Origin: Patescibacteria group bacterium
GTDB taxonomy: Bacteria; Patescibacteriota; Patescibacteriia; UBA10025; JAHIVO01
Length of the DNA: 64,000 nucleotides
Assembly (NCBI GenBank): GCA_041660605.1
Contig: JBAZWB010000001.1
Span: 393,295-457,294, forward strand
Reading direction: 5' to 3'
Part shown: piece after piece, positions 9,745 through 20,218 of the stretch
How the letters are laid out: every line of letters begins with the position of its first letter
How positions within the stretch are numbered: position 1 is the first letter of the stretch
Notes under the pieces: generated by a model
What the model was told of the DNA's origin: nothing
Databases searched by the model: none
Seen by the model: the letters and a program-made list of their open reading frames with translations, nothing else
Translations under genes and position numbers: made by a program

Positions 9745-10143
9745 ATGAGCAAGATTTCTCCAAAAAAATACGCCGTCAGCTTATATGAGGCCATAAAGGC
9801 AGTCCCAAAAGAAAAAACGGGTGCTATGCTTGGAAATTTCATAAAACTCCTGGCGAAAAATAATGATTTATCCCAGGCGGATAAAATAATCAGGGCTTAT
9901 AATGAATACGCGAATTTAAGCGAAAATGTCCTGGAGCTTTCAATCATTTCCGTGGAGAAAATAGATGAGAATTTAAAAAATAATATCGTCAGTCATTTAG
10001 GCAAAACCTTCAATAAAAAAATTGAACTGCATGAAAAAATTGACAAATCTTTAATCGGCGGAGCAGTGCTGAAATACGGCGATACAGTGGTGGACGGCAG
10101 CATTAAGAAAAGACTGGCTACGCTGAAACAAACATTAAAATAA
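9745..10143 (+). CDS. atpH: F1 subunit delta (short form)
   Basis: DKSLIGGAVLKYGDTVVDGSIK. Confidence 0.93.
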   Translation: MSKISPKKYAVSLYEAIKAVPKEKTGAMLGNFIKLLAKNNDLSQADKIIRAYNEYANLSENVLELSIISVEKIDENLKNNIVSHLGKTFNKKIELHEKIDKSLIGGAVLKYGDTVVDGSIKKRLATLKQTLK

Positions 10144-10168
10144 TTAACATAATTATCTATAAAAGAAT

Positions 10169-11701
10169 ATGTCCAATAAAGACTACATCATTGAACAGCT
10201 AAAAAAGCAGATTACCGATTTTAAAACAGCCACGGTCAAGGAGAAGGTGGGTACGGTTGAATCAATCGGTGACGGCATTGCCAGGATTTCCGGCTTGTCA
10301 GAAGCCATGGCCTCGGAAATGTTAGAATTTCCGGGAAATAAATTCGGCGTGGCTCTGAACCTGGACGAGGATTCCGTCGGCGCGATTATTCTGGGCAGCC
10401 AGGAAGGCATCAAAGAAGGGGATACGGTTAAAAGCACCGGCAGGATATTGGAAGTGCCGGTCGGCGAATCCCTGATCGGCCGGGTGGTAAATCCGCTGGG
10501 AGAGCCGATGGACGGCAAAGGCGAGATTAAAACCAAGACCTTCTATCCCGTAGAAAAAATCGCTCCGCGCGTCATTACCCGCGAATCCGTCGATACGCCT
10601 CTGCAGACCGGCATTAAAGCTATTGATTCCATGATCCCTATCGGCCGCGGACAGCGCGAATTGATCATCGGCGATCGCCAGACCGGGAAAACTGCTATTA
10701 CCATTGACGCCATCATAAATCAAAAAGGCAAAAATGTGACCTGTATTTACGTCGCGATCGGTCAGAAAGAATCAAAGATCGCCAAGATTGTCACCGAGCT
10801 GGAAAAATTCGGCGCTATGGACCACACGATTGTTGTCATTGCCGGCGCTTCTGATCCGGCTTCTCTGGCATTTATCGCACCATACGCCGGCTGCGCTATG
10901 GGAGAATATTTTGTGGACAAAGGCCAGGATGTGCTGGTAATTTATGACGATTTATCCAAACACGCCTGGGCATACCGGGAAATTTCCTTGTTACTGCGCC
11001 GACCGCCGGGCCGTGAAGCTTATCCTGGAGACGTTTTTTACCTGCACTCACGCTTGCTGGAACGGGCTGCCAAGCTGAATAAAAAATACGGCGGCGGGTC
11101 ATTAACTGCTTTGCCGATTATTGAAACCCAGGCCGGTGATATTTCCGCTTACATTCCCACCAACGTTATTTCCATTACTGACGGGCAGATTTACCTGGAG
11201 CCGGATTTATTTTACCAGGGGATCAGGCCAGCCTTGAATATCGGATTGTCAGTTTCCCGCGTGGGTTCAGATGCGCAGATAAAAGCCATGAAAAAAGTGG
11301 CCGGTAAATTGCGTCTAGATCTGGCTCAGTACCGCGAATTAGCCGCTTTTGCCCAGTTCGGCTCTGACCTGGATGAAGCGACACGCCAGCAGCTGGAACG
11401 TGGCAAGCGCCTGACGGAAATTCTGAAACAGGCGCAGTTTGAGCCGATGCCGGTGGAAAATCAGGTAGTAGTTCTATATGCCGCAGTCAACGGATTTTTG
11501 GATGACGTGCCGGTTGATAAAATCAAGAAATTTGAAACTGAATTGCATCAGCGCCTGAAAACATCGCATCAAGATTTACTTGACCTTATTCTGAAAGAGA
11601 AAGAAATAACTGAAGCCGTTGAAAAGAAATTAAAACAAGTCATTGAAGATTTTAAAAAAACTACGGATTATGTGGTGAAGGAAGAAGCAAGTAATAAGTA
11701 A
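10169..11701 (+). CDS. atpA: F1 subunit alpha
   Basis: GDRQTGKT P-loop, [21 protein letters not shown]. Confidence 0.99.
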   Translation: MSNKDYIIEQLKKQITDFKTATVKEKVGTVESIGDGIARISGLSEAMASEMLEFPGNKFGVALNLDEDSVGAIILGSQEGIKEGDTVKSTGRILEVPVGESLIGRVVNPLGEPMDGKGEIKTKTFYPVEKIAPRVITRESVDTPLQTGIKAIDSMIPIGRGQRELIIGDRQTGKTAITIDAIINQKGKNVTCIYVAIGQKESKIAKIVTELEKFGAMDHTIVVIAGASDPASLAFIAPYAGCAMGEYFVDKGQDVLVIYDDLSKHAWAYREISLLLRRPPGREAYPGDVFYLHSRLLERAAKLNKKYGGGSLTALPIIETQAGDISAYIPTNVISITDGQIYLEPDLFYQGIRPALNIGLSVSRVGSDAQIKAMKKVAGKLRLDLAQYRELAAFAQFGSDLDEATRQQLERGKRLTEILKQAQFEPMPVENQVVVLYAAVNGFLDDVPVDKIKKFETELHQRLKTSHQDLLDLILKEKEITEAVEKKLKQVIEDFKKTTDYVVKEEASNK

Positions 11702-11811
11702 TTGGTAATTAATGCTATTTAATATGCTCCGAGTGCACCTCTCTGTGGGTGCGCTCAAATCCAAAGAACGTGAGGATAATTAAGAATATATAATCCGATA
11801 AAAAACAAACG

Positions 11812-12735
11812 ATGCCCCTGGCAACCAGAGAAATTAAAAGAAGAATTAGTTCCGTCGTCAGCACCAAGAAAATAACCAAGGCGATGGAGCTGGTGGCGGC
11901 TGCGAAAATGCGCAAAGCCGTTAATGCTGTTATGGCGACCCGCGCTTACTCTGCTTCAGCCTGGGAAATCGTAAAAAATTTGTCTGCCAAGACCGATCCG
12001 GCACAGCATCCGCTCCTGCAGAAACGCGCGAAAATAAAGAATGTCGGGCTGATTTTAATAACTTCAAACAGAGGCTTGTGCGGCAGTTTTAACCGCGAAG
12101 TCGTCGATACGGTAGCAGAATACGTCAGGAACCACAAAAAACAGCAGGTTGACATAGAAGCGGAAGTTTTCCTGATGGGCCAGCGCGGACGCGATATCAT
12201 GTATAAGCATGGTCATGAGATTGTAGCTGAATTCACCAAGCTGGACGTGGCTACCAGGATTTCCGAAGTTTCCCCTTTGGCGAAAATGGTTATCGCGGAT
12301 TTTGTTTCCGGAAAATACGATAAAGTGTCCGTGGCCTACACCGATTACCGTTCTGCCATTTCCCAGACGCCGCGCGTCAGGAAACTGCTGCCCATCGATC
12401 GTGAAGACACGGAATTAGGCTATGTGACCGGTGAATTGGCCAAAGAAGCTAAGTCCCAAGTGCAAAATCAGATTGATTATGAATATTTGTTTGAGCCTTC
12501 AGCCGATGAAGTGCTGGAGCAGATGATGTATCGCTTGATTGAACTGCAGATCTACCAGGCCTTGCTGGAGTCAAACGCTTCGGAGCATTCCGCCCGTATG
12601 ATGGCCATGCGCAACGCTTCGGATTCGGCCAGCGATATGATAGACGATCTGACGCTGACATTTAACCGCGCACGGCAGCAGACTATCACCTCGGAATTAG
12701 CCGACATCAGCGCTGGTACGGCCGCTGTTACTTAG
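11812..12735 (+). CDS. atpG: F1 subunit gamma
   Basis: KITKAMELVAAAK, SNRGLCG, SEHSARMMAM, ITSELADI. Confidence 0.98.
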   Translation: MPLATREIKRRISSVVSTKKITKAMELVAAAKMRKAVNAVMATRAYSASAWEIVKNLSAKTDPAQHPLLQKRAKIKNVGLILITSNRGLCGSFNREVVDTVAEYVRNHKKQQVDIEAEVFLMGQRGRDIMYKHGHEIVAEFTKLDVATRISEVSPLAKMVIADFVSGKYDKVSVAYTDYRSAISQTPRVRKLLPIDREDTELGYVTGELAKEAKSQVQNQIDYEYLFEPSADEVLEQMMYRLIELQIYQALLESNASEHSARMMAMRNASDSASDMIDDLTLTFNRARQQTITSELADISAGTAAVT

Positions 12736-12788
12736 TGCAAGCTAAAATTAATTAAAATCAACTTTTACAGAAAAATTATTCATTATAA

Positions 12789-14198
<1,410 letters not shown>

Positions 14199-14242
14199 AA
14201 GGTAGTAAGTTGTAAGTAGCTATTAGAAATAAAAAAGATAAA

Positions 14243-14689
14243 ATGGCCAATAAAATAAATTTCGAAATTACCACGCCGGAAAGGGTTGTTTTTTCCGACC
14301 AGGTTGACGAGGTGGTTCTGCCGACGATGCAGGGAGAGATCGGCATTCTGCCGAATCATATCCCCCTGGTTTCTTTGCTGTCCGCCGGCGAGATCAGGAT
14401 TAAGAAAGGCAAGGAAGAATTTTTTATGGCTGTTTCCGGCGGGTTCATAGAAGTGCGGCCCGATAAGGTGGTGGTCCTGGCGGATACAGCCGAGAGAGCC
14501 GAGGAAATTGACGAGAAGCGGGCCGAGGAAGCGCGGCAGCGCGCTCAGGCGCTGGCTCATGAGAAACGCACTGATGCCAGGGAATTCGCCGCCATCACCG
14601 CCAAGATGGAAAAAGAACTAGCCAGGCTCAAAGTGGCCACCCGGCGCCGGCGCCGGAAAGAACCGCCGCTCCGGCCGCAGTCAGAATAA
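14243..14689 (+). CDS. atpC: F1 subunit epsilon
   Basis: EITTPER, GEIGILPNH, VSGGFIEV. Confidence 0.97.
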   Translation: MANKINFEITTPERVVFSDQVDEVVLPTMQGEIGILPNHIPLVSLLSAGEIRIKKGKEEFFMAVSGGFIEVRPDKVVVLADTAERAEEIDEKRAEEARQRAQALAHEKRTDAREFAAITAKMEKELARLKVATRRRRRKEPPLRPQSE

Positions 14690-14701
14690 TTATCATTATA
14701 T

Positions 14702-15133
14702 ATGTCGCATCATTGCCAAGCTTTGGTATTGCACTGCATAGATTTCCGATTTCATACGGCCATCCGTGATTTTTTGGTTTCTTTAGGGTTAAAAAATAAT
14801 TACGACTTAGTCAGCCTGGCCGGAGCGGCCAAGGGATTGGCGGATAAAGACGCGGCCAGCACGCAGCTGATTTTAAAGCAGATCGAAATATCGGAAAAGC
14901 TTCACGGCATTTCCGAAGTTTACCTGATGCATCATCTGGATTGCGGTGCCTACGGCGGACATGCGGCGTTTCCTGATTTACAGGCGGAAAGAGCCAGGCA
15001 GATCCAGGATATGCGATCCGCCCGGAAAATTATCCTGGATAAATTCAGCAAATTAGAAGTAAAAAACGTTTTAGCCAGGATCCAGCCGGGTCCGCAAGGC
15101 GATCAGATCGATTTTGAAATGGTCGGCAATTAA
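14702..15133 (+). CDS. Beta-class carbonic anhydrase-like protein
   Basis: CIDFR and HHLDCGAY zinc-binding motifs. Confidence 0.85.
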   Translation: MSHHCQALVLHCIDFRFHTAIRDFLVSLGLKNNYDLVSLAGAAKGLADKDAASTQLILKQIEISEKLHGISEVYLMHHLDCGAYGGHAAFPDLQAERARQIQDMRSARKIILDKFSKLEVKNVLARIQPGPQGDQIDFEMVGN

Positions 15134-15146
15134 TAAAAATTTATTT

Positions 15147-15238
15147 TCCTCCTTCGTCCCGCCAAGGCGGGACTACGGAGGATTCTCCTCATTTTGTATC
15201 CCCGCGATAATCGCGGGGTATATAGGCGGAGGAGAATC
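15147..15238. repeat. Two adjacent GC-rich palindromic elements
   Basis: GTCCCGCC-AA-GGCGGGAC inside TCCTCC/GGAGGA; CCCCGCGA-TAA-TCGCGGGG inside GATTCTCCTC/GAGGAGAATC. Confidence 0.75.
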
Positions 15239-15268
15239 AAAAAGACCCGCTATAAAGCGGGCCTTTTT
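15239..15268. terminator. Bidirectional intrinsic terminator
   Basis: AAAAAG-A-CCCGC-TATAAA-GCGGG-CCTTTTT between convergent genes. Confidence 0.75.
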
Positions 15269-15287
15269 AAGTTTATGTAAAGATAAA

Positions 15288-15581
15288 CTAGAAGTTTCTT
15301 GAACCGCCGAAATTGCCGCGCGGTGGCCTTTCTTTCATTGGCCGAGCTTCATTGACGATGATTGAGCGGCCTTCGAAATCCTTGCCATTGAGAGTATCAA
15401 TAGCAGTTTTGGCCTCTTCATCCGTGCTCATTTCCACAAAGCCGAAACCTTTTGACCGTCCGGATACCCTGTCAATGATGACATTGGCGGATTCCACTGT
15501 GCCGGCCTGAGAAAAGAAATCTCTCAGCTGGTCGTCGGTAACACTATAGGATAGGCTTCCTACGAATAATTTCTTTGCCAT
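15288..15581 (-). CDS. RRM (RNP-1) RNA-binding protein with Gly/Arg tail
   Basis: LFVGSL (RNP2), SKGFGFVEM (RNP1), VNEARP. Confidence 0.95.
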   Translation of the reverse strand: MAKKLFVGSLSYSVTDDQLRDFFSQAGTVESANVIIDRVSGRSKGFGFVEMSTDEEAKTAIDTLNGKDFEGRSIIVNEARPMKERPPRGNFGGSRNF

Positions 15582-15722
15582 TTTTTTTCGCTTGATTTTA
15601 ATGGTTAATTATCGCTATCGTTTTAGGAAGACCTTTTTCATCCCCCGACTTAACTTTTCGTAAGAGGCGGGAGCGTCCTCTAATGTTACCATTAGATAAG
15701 TCCTAAAAAGAATAACAGTTTG

Positions 15723-15751
15723 ATACTATCAAAGGAGGCCTCTTTTGTCAA
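15723..15751 (-). promoter_or_regulatory. Sigma70 promoter of RRM gene
   Basis: TTGACA-17-TAGTAT on minus strand. Confidence 0.7.
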
Positions 15752-15772
15752 TATAGGCCGTATTTATAGAAT

Positions 15773-15980
15773 AAAAAAGCGCGGAACCCTTCAAACAAGC
15801 TCCGCGCCAATCAGTCACAATTGACCGATAATCACTCCTTTCGCTAAGGCAGAGAGCAAACAAGTGAATAGCGACGCCGGCTGCTGATATTTACCATTCT
15901 GTTTTCATTTACGGGTAACTGACTTCAGAGAAAGGAAGACCATAATGAATAGAGTCGTTACACTATGCTAACAGCCGACG
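15773..15980 (-). ncRNA. Candidate structured ncRNA (about 205 nt)
   Basis: Extended -10 promoter TGC-TAAAAT at about 15986-15994, four stems plus intrinsic terminator, wobble pairs consistent only with minus strand, no convincing ORF. Confidence 0.5.
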
Positions 15981-16141
15981 AGTAAATTTTAGCACTATTG
16001 GGCGGACAGGTGAAGGGGAGTAATATTGGGAAATCGTTATGCACAGTTGACCGTTTTAGAGCTACAATCTATACTTAATATGTAAATAGAAGCCTTCCCC
16101 AAAGTATTTTTGGTGAAGGTGTTTTTAATGTAAATTCAATG

Positions 16142-16179
16142 TTTGACTACATCAGGTACTAGTATTAGGGTTAAAGTAT
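16142..16179 (+). repeat. Imperfect direct repeat copy 1 (promoter-like), partner at 17190-17228
   Basis: TTTGACT..CAT.AGG-TACTAGTATTAGGGTTAAA.TAT; 21-bp identical core 16155-16175 and 17204-17224. Confidence 0.85.
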
Positions 16180-16345
16180 AAGATTAATAAATTAAAAACA
16201 ACTATGGAAAACCAACCAAACCGGTAAATAAGACCAGGTGGATAGTGTTTGTAATGAAATAACTTATCCGCATATTCATCGATTAATAAAGTGTTTATTT
16301 GGTACAATGAAATTAACAAGTTATTGTTAAACAATCAACCCTGAT

Positions 16346-17056
16346 ATGGTGATTCATCCACAAAGTAATAGATCGCTAACAGCCCCATTTCTAGTGATAG
16401 TTTGTACTTTTAGTTTCACCGCAATTCTTGTTGTTTGTATCTTTATATACTTGATGTTTTATCAGGATTGCATCGACAACCCCCAAGAAAAATCGATACA
16501 GGTATTTACTGAGGTTCCTAAATACAGTATTGAAAATTTTAAATGGGCAACAATACAATATAATACCGGCAAGGATTATGCGATTGAATTAAAGGTTCCA
16601 AAACATTGGGACGCAGAAGTGTCGCAACAAGCTTTAAGTGAGCGCGACAATCTACTATTTGCTCAGGGTGCCGTAAGTCATCCAGATATTCACGCTTCCG
16701 TACAAGTTCGCTACTATCATAATTCTGAATCTTTTGAAAATTGGATATCAAAGCATAAGCTAGAGTACGAGTTACCACAGTGGGCAGGAACTCAATTTAT
16801 TGAGGAGGATATTGTGTATAATAATGTAAAATACAAAAAGTTTAGCCCTGAGGGGAGAAATTATGGATTTTTTTTCATTCCAAAGAATGACGGTGTGTAT
16901 CAGATTGAATTTGGCGTTGGAGGCTGGTCTGATTTTACGAATGTTGAAATAAGTCAAGAAGCATTCCCTTCTTCTTATGAGATCGTACCGAGGGTACTAG
17001 GTTCTTTACGCTTCGTTCCTGCTAGTGTGGGTAATAATGATGATTCAGAATGGTAG
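16346..17056 (+). CDS. Membrane-anchored PsbP-like domain protein, apparently interrupted by TAG at start of a second domain
   Basis: TM helix, W..I......IELKVPKHW motif; frame continues W*TYQYSESGLLLRYPKDW. Confidence 0.6.
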   Translation: MVIHPQSNRSLTAPFLVIVCTFSFTAILVVCIFIYLMFYQDCIDNPQEKSIQVFTEVPKYSIENFKWATIQYNTGKDYAIELKVPKHWDAEVSQQALSERDNLLFAQGAVSHPDIHASVQVRYYHNSESFENWISKHKLEYELPQWAGTQFIEEDIVYNNVKYKKFSPEGRNYGFFFIPKNDGVYQIEFGVGGWSDFTNVEISQEAFPSSYEIVPRVLGSLRFVPASVGNNDDSEW

Positions 17057-17189
17057 ACTTACCAATATTCAGAATCCGGATTGTTGTTAAGGTATCCAAA
17101 AGACTGGATAGTTGAGAATAAAAGAGCCTTTTTTATAATAAGCAGTCAGTTTCTCACAATAACAAAGGTATTTTTATATAAATTTTAAA

Positions 17190-17228
17190 TTTGACTGCAT
17201 TAGGGTACTAGTATTAGGGTTAAAATAT
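17190..17228 (+). repeat. Imperfect direct repeat copy 2
   Basis: See 16142-16179. Confidence 0.85.
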
Positions 17229-17398
17229 CAACACATTGAATACCAACTCATTAAAATCGATTAATATTTCACATATTTAATCACTAATCAATAAAAACAA
17301 AACTTATTACATTGGAGGGATGCACTTTGACAATTTAACTTCAGAATCAATCTTTACTCTAGTACTTCAAAACAAAATCCCTGAAAGGAGGGATTGCT

Positions 17399-19477
17399 AT
17401 GCTAAAGTTGTTAACTAACCTAGGTACTACGGTTCTCGTAGTAATTCTATTATCTGTAACGGCAATTGCAGGTGATACATGGCTGCTTACATTCCCGCTT
17501 GATGTACAACCGGATAGTTGGCCATGTAATTTCCAGTGTCATGACAATCGTCCCGGAGGAAATGACTACAGCTGTAATACAGGTACAAATGTATTAGCTG
17601 CAGAGGATGGATACGTTCATATTCACGACGATCCTGACGGTTATGGCACGTATCTCACGGAAGACATAGCCTATTATCAATTGTATTACGGGCATTTGTC
17701 GGAAGTATTAGTCAATGAGGGACAATTTGTTACCCAAGGAAGTGTGATTGCGAAAAGCGGGAGCACTGGTTGGTCCACGGGTCCACATCTTCATTTCGAA
17801 GTACGATCAAGCAATATGCCAATTGATCCGTATAATATTAATCACTGGCTCTGGGTTTCACCGCCACCATTCAATCCGGTAACTCTTTATTCACAGCTTG
17901 CATATTCTGGTACCTGCGTCGGTAAGTCCCACAGCAATACCCTAGTACTTCTACCGGGTTCTTCCGCAGAATGCTGGATTGATTTCAAGTGTAACCCGCC
18001 ATTCTATTGGTCAAGTAATGGGAATAGTTCGCATTATGTAGCACTGCATTCGGTAGCTAGTAACTGGACTGACATGGAAGACTCGCCGGTGATTACAGGC
18101 ACTACTAATTTGCTGGATGATGATGGTAGTACAGCGGATCCGAATGGTGTAGCTCGATTTAATTTCACCATAACTGCTCCACAGTCGCCCGGCACATATA
18201 CACTTCGTGCAAGAGTGTATCATCCACATTCAGGTACTTTTATCACAGGCACTGGTCCTGATGTTACATTTAATGTTCAGGTAGTCAGTCCACCGCAAGA
18301 AAACACCAGTTACTACCCTATTTCCGGTGACTTCAACGGTGACGGCCTGGCTGATGTGGGACTTTACGATCAGATAACCGGCAACTGGTACATAGCTTTG
18401 CACAGTTCGACTTCAAACCGCTTCATTCCACAAGCCGAACCCTGGCTCACTGGCTGGGGAACCGGCATCGGCAACTACTTGCCAACCAGTGGTGACGTTG
18501 ATGGTGATGGATTGTGGGATTTAATACTCTACCAGCCAGTCAATGGCCGGTGGGCAGTAGCCAAAAACTACGGCGGTTATTTCGCCCAGCTTAATGGAAC
18601 TTATATCCATGGCTGTTGGTATGAGAACTGGGGCACCGGCGAAGGAGTCTACTTTCCTGCAAGTGGTGATGTTGACGGTGACGGATTATGGGATGCCATA
18701 CTTTATCAGCCTGTTAACGGAAGATGGCCGGTAGCAAAGAACTACGGTGACCACTTCACCCAGATCAACGGGCCATATGCGCGCGGCTGTTGGTACGAGA
18801 ACTGGGGAACCGGCGTGGGTGTCTACCAGCCAGTCTCTGGAGATGTTGACGGTGACGGTTTATCTGACATTTTACTCTACCAGCCAGTCAATGGCCGGTG
18901 GGCAGTAGCCAAAAACTACGGCGGTTATTTCGCGCAATTGAACGGACCGTATGTTCGAGGATGTTGGCTGGCTAACTGGGGAACAGGCGTTGGAGTTTAC
19001 ATGCCCATCAGCGGTGACGTAGACAATGACGGCTTGACTGATATTCTGCTTTACGTTCCAAGTACCGGTAGATGGGCAGTTGCCAAGAACTATGGTGGCT
19101 ATTTTGCCCAGATCAATGGCCCTTATATTAATGGCTGCTGGCTGGTGAACTGGGGCATTCAGAACGAAGGTACCCCGAAAATCGCTACTCCAGAAACGGA
19201 GAATCCGCTTCCGGCAGACTTCACTCTTTCCCAAAACTATCCGAATCCATTCAATCCGGTCACGAATATCAGCTATTCATTACCGGTTGCTGCCGATGTC
19301 TGCCTGGAAATTTACAACGTCCTGGGGCAGAGAGTAGCCACGCTGGCAAATGAACGGCAGGTGGCTGGTGAGCACAGCATTCAGTGGGATGCTCATCAGT
19401 GTCCGTCCGGAATCTATTTCTACAGGTTAACAACAGATCAGGTTACTGAAACGAAAAAAATGATCATTCTGAAGTAA
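17399..19477 (+). CDS. Secreted M23 peptidase-domain protein with Ig-like domain, five FG-GAP/VCBS-like repeats and T9SS type A-like C-terminal domain
   Basis: Signal peptide, AAEDG..YGHLS..SGSTGWSTGPHLHFEV, GDxDGDGLxD repeats of 58 aa, FTLSQNYPNPFNP..SGIYFYRL..KKMIILK; GAAAGGAGG SD. Confidence 0.88.
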   Translation: MLKLLTNLGTTVLVVILLSVTAIAGDTWLLTFPLDVQPDSWPCNFQCHDNRPGGNDYSCNTGTNVLAAEDGYVHIHDDPDGYGTYLTEDIAYYQLYYGHLSEVLVNEGQFVTQGSVIAKSGSTGWSTGPHLHFEVRSSNMPIDPYNINHWLWVSPPPFNPVTLYSQLAYSGTCVGKSHSNTLVLLPGSSAECWIDFKCNPPFYWSSNGNSSHYVALHSVASNWTDMEDSPVITGTTNLLDDDGSTADPNGVARFNFTITAPQSPGTYTLRARVYHPHSGTFITGTGPDVTFNVQVVSPPQENTSYYPISGDFNGDGLADVGLYDQITGNWYIALHSSTSNRFIPQAEPWLTGWGTGIGNYLPTSGDVDGDGLWDLILYQPVNGRWAVAKNYGGYFAQLNGTYIHGCWYENWGTGEGVYFPASGDVDGDGLWDAILYQPVNGRWPVAKNYGDHFTQINGPYARGCWYENWGTGVGVYQPVSGDVDGDGLSDILLYQPVNGRWAVAKNYGGYFAQLNGPYVRGCWLANWGTGVGVYMPISGDVDNDGLTDILLYVPSTGRWAVAKNYGGYFAQINGPYINGCWLVNWGIQNEGTPKIATPETENPLPADFTLSQNYPNPFNPVTNISYSLPVAADVCLEIYNVLGQRVATLANERQVAGEHSIQWDAHQCPSGIYFYRLTTDQVTETKKMIILK

Positions 19478-19499
19478 CCTTCCCTAAATCACAATCAAC

Positions 19500-19530
19500 C
19501 CTTGCGGCAGAAATGCTGCAAGGTTTTTTT
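19500..19530 (+). terminator. Intrinsic terminator
   Basis: CCTTGCGGCA-GAAA-TGCTGCAAGG + T7. Confidence 0.85.
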
Positions 19531-19688
19531 ATCTGTTCATTTTATATATTAAATACGGCAGTTATGTGGTAAAAATCAACCAAGTCTTGACAATATTAAT
19601 TTTTAGGTTATACTATATAGTTCAATAGTCTTAGTTCGCACATTATATTATTGAGATAATAAACAAAGGATAATTTCCTAGGAGGGAT

Positions 19689-20042
19689 ATGGATCCTAAG
19701 GTTGCAGTTTTAATTGGTGTGATGGCGGTAGTAGCGGTTATTATTGCTCTGCGAAATAAGCCAGGGCAGAATAAGCCGGTTGTTGTCGAGGCTGAACGGA
19801 TTCCTCGAACACTGGTAATCAGTGTCAGATGCATTGTGTACGAAGGCAATAAAACCCTTGCCAAGTATCCTAATGAACGCATCATCGTTGGTCGAGGGAG
19901 ATATCTTTTAGAGAAGGTTCCCAGCCTAGACAACTTTGGTGGCTGTTGGTTGGTGCTAGAAGGTACAATGCGCGGCCGGCCTATTGATGAATGGCTGGCG
20001 GAGGCTCAGGATAAAACATCCGAGTACCGTCTCGAATATTGA
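19689..20042 (+). CDS. Small membrane-anchored hypothetical protein
   Basis: TTGACA promoter at 19587, GGAGG SD, N-terminal TM helix, terminator 20079-20107. Confidence 0.75.
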   Translation: MDPKVAVLIGVMAVVAVIIALRNKPGQNKPVVVEAERIPRTLVISVRCIVYEGNKTLAKYPNERIIVGRGRYLLEKVPSLDNFGGCWLVLEGTMRGRPIDEWLAEAQDKTSEYRLEY

Positions 20043-20078
20043 GACGAACACGATTACAATTCACCTTCACCGGTGAAG

Positions 20079-20107
20079 CCCGTTGGCAGATGTCGACGGG
20101 TTTTTTT
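20079..20107 (+). terminator. Intrinsic terminator
   Basis: CCCGTTGGCA-GA-TGTCGACGGG + T7. Confidence 0.8.
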
Positions 20108-20218
20108 ATTGAAAAAGCCATTAATTGCTAATGAATTTGCATATTTTTATAAAATGGCATTGACAAATTGAAAGAAATGGAGTACACTAGTGGATAAAAT
20201 ATGTTTTGGGGAGGAAGT

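Noticed and set aside
16053-16064. GTTTTAGAGCTA, identical to the start of the S. pyogenes type II-A CRISPR repeat
   Set aside because: Single 12-mer inside a promoter spacer; no array, tracrRNA or cas genes.
17054-17056. Genome-wide stop-codon reassignment
   Set aside because: TAG and TGA terminate conserved genes normally (atpE, atpD, pheS with TAG; dut, rodA with TGA).
16142-17228. Direct repeats as a CRISPR array
   Set aside because: Only two imperfect copies about 1050 bp apart.
18310-19160. 174-bp repeats as DGR TR/VR
   Set aside because: All copies are coding and in frame; differences are mostly synonymous and not A-specific.
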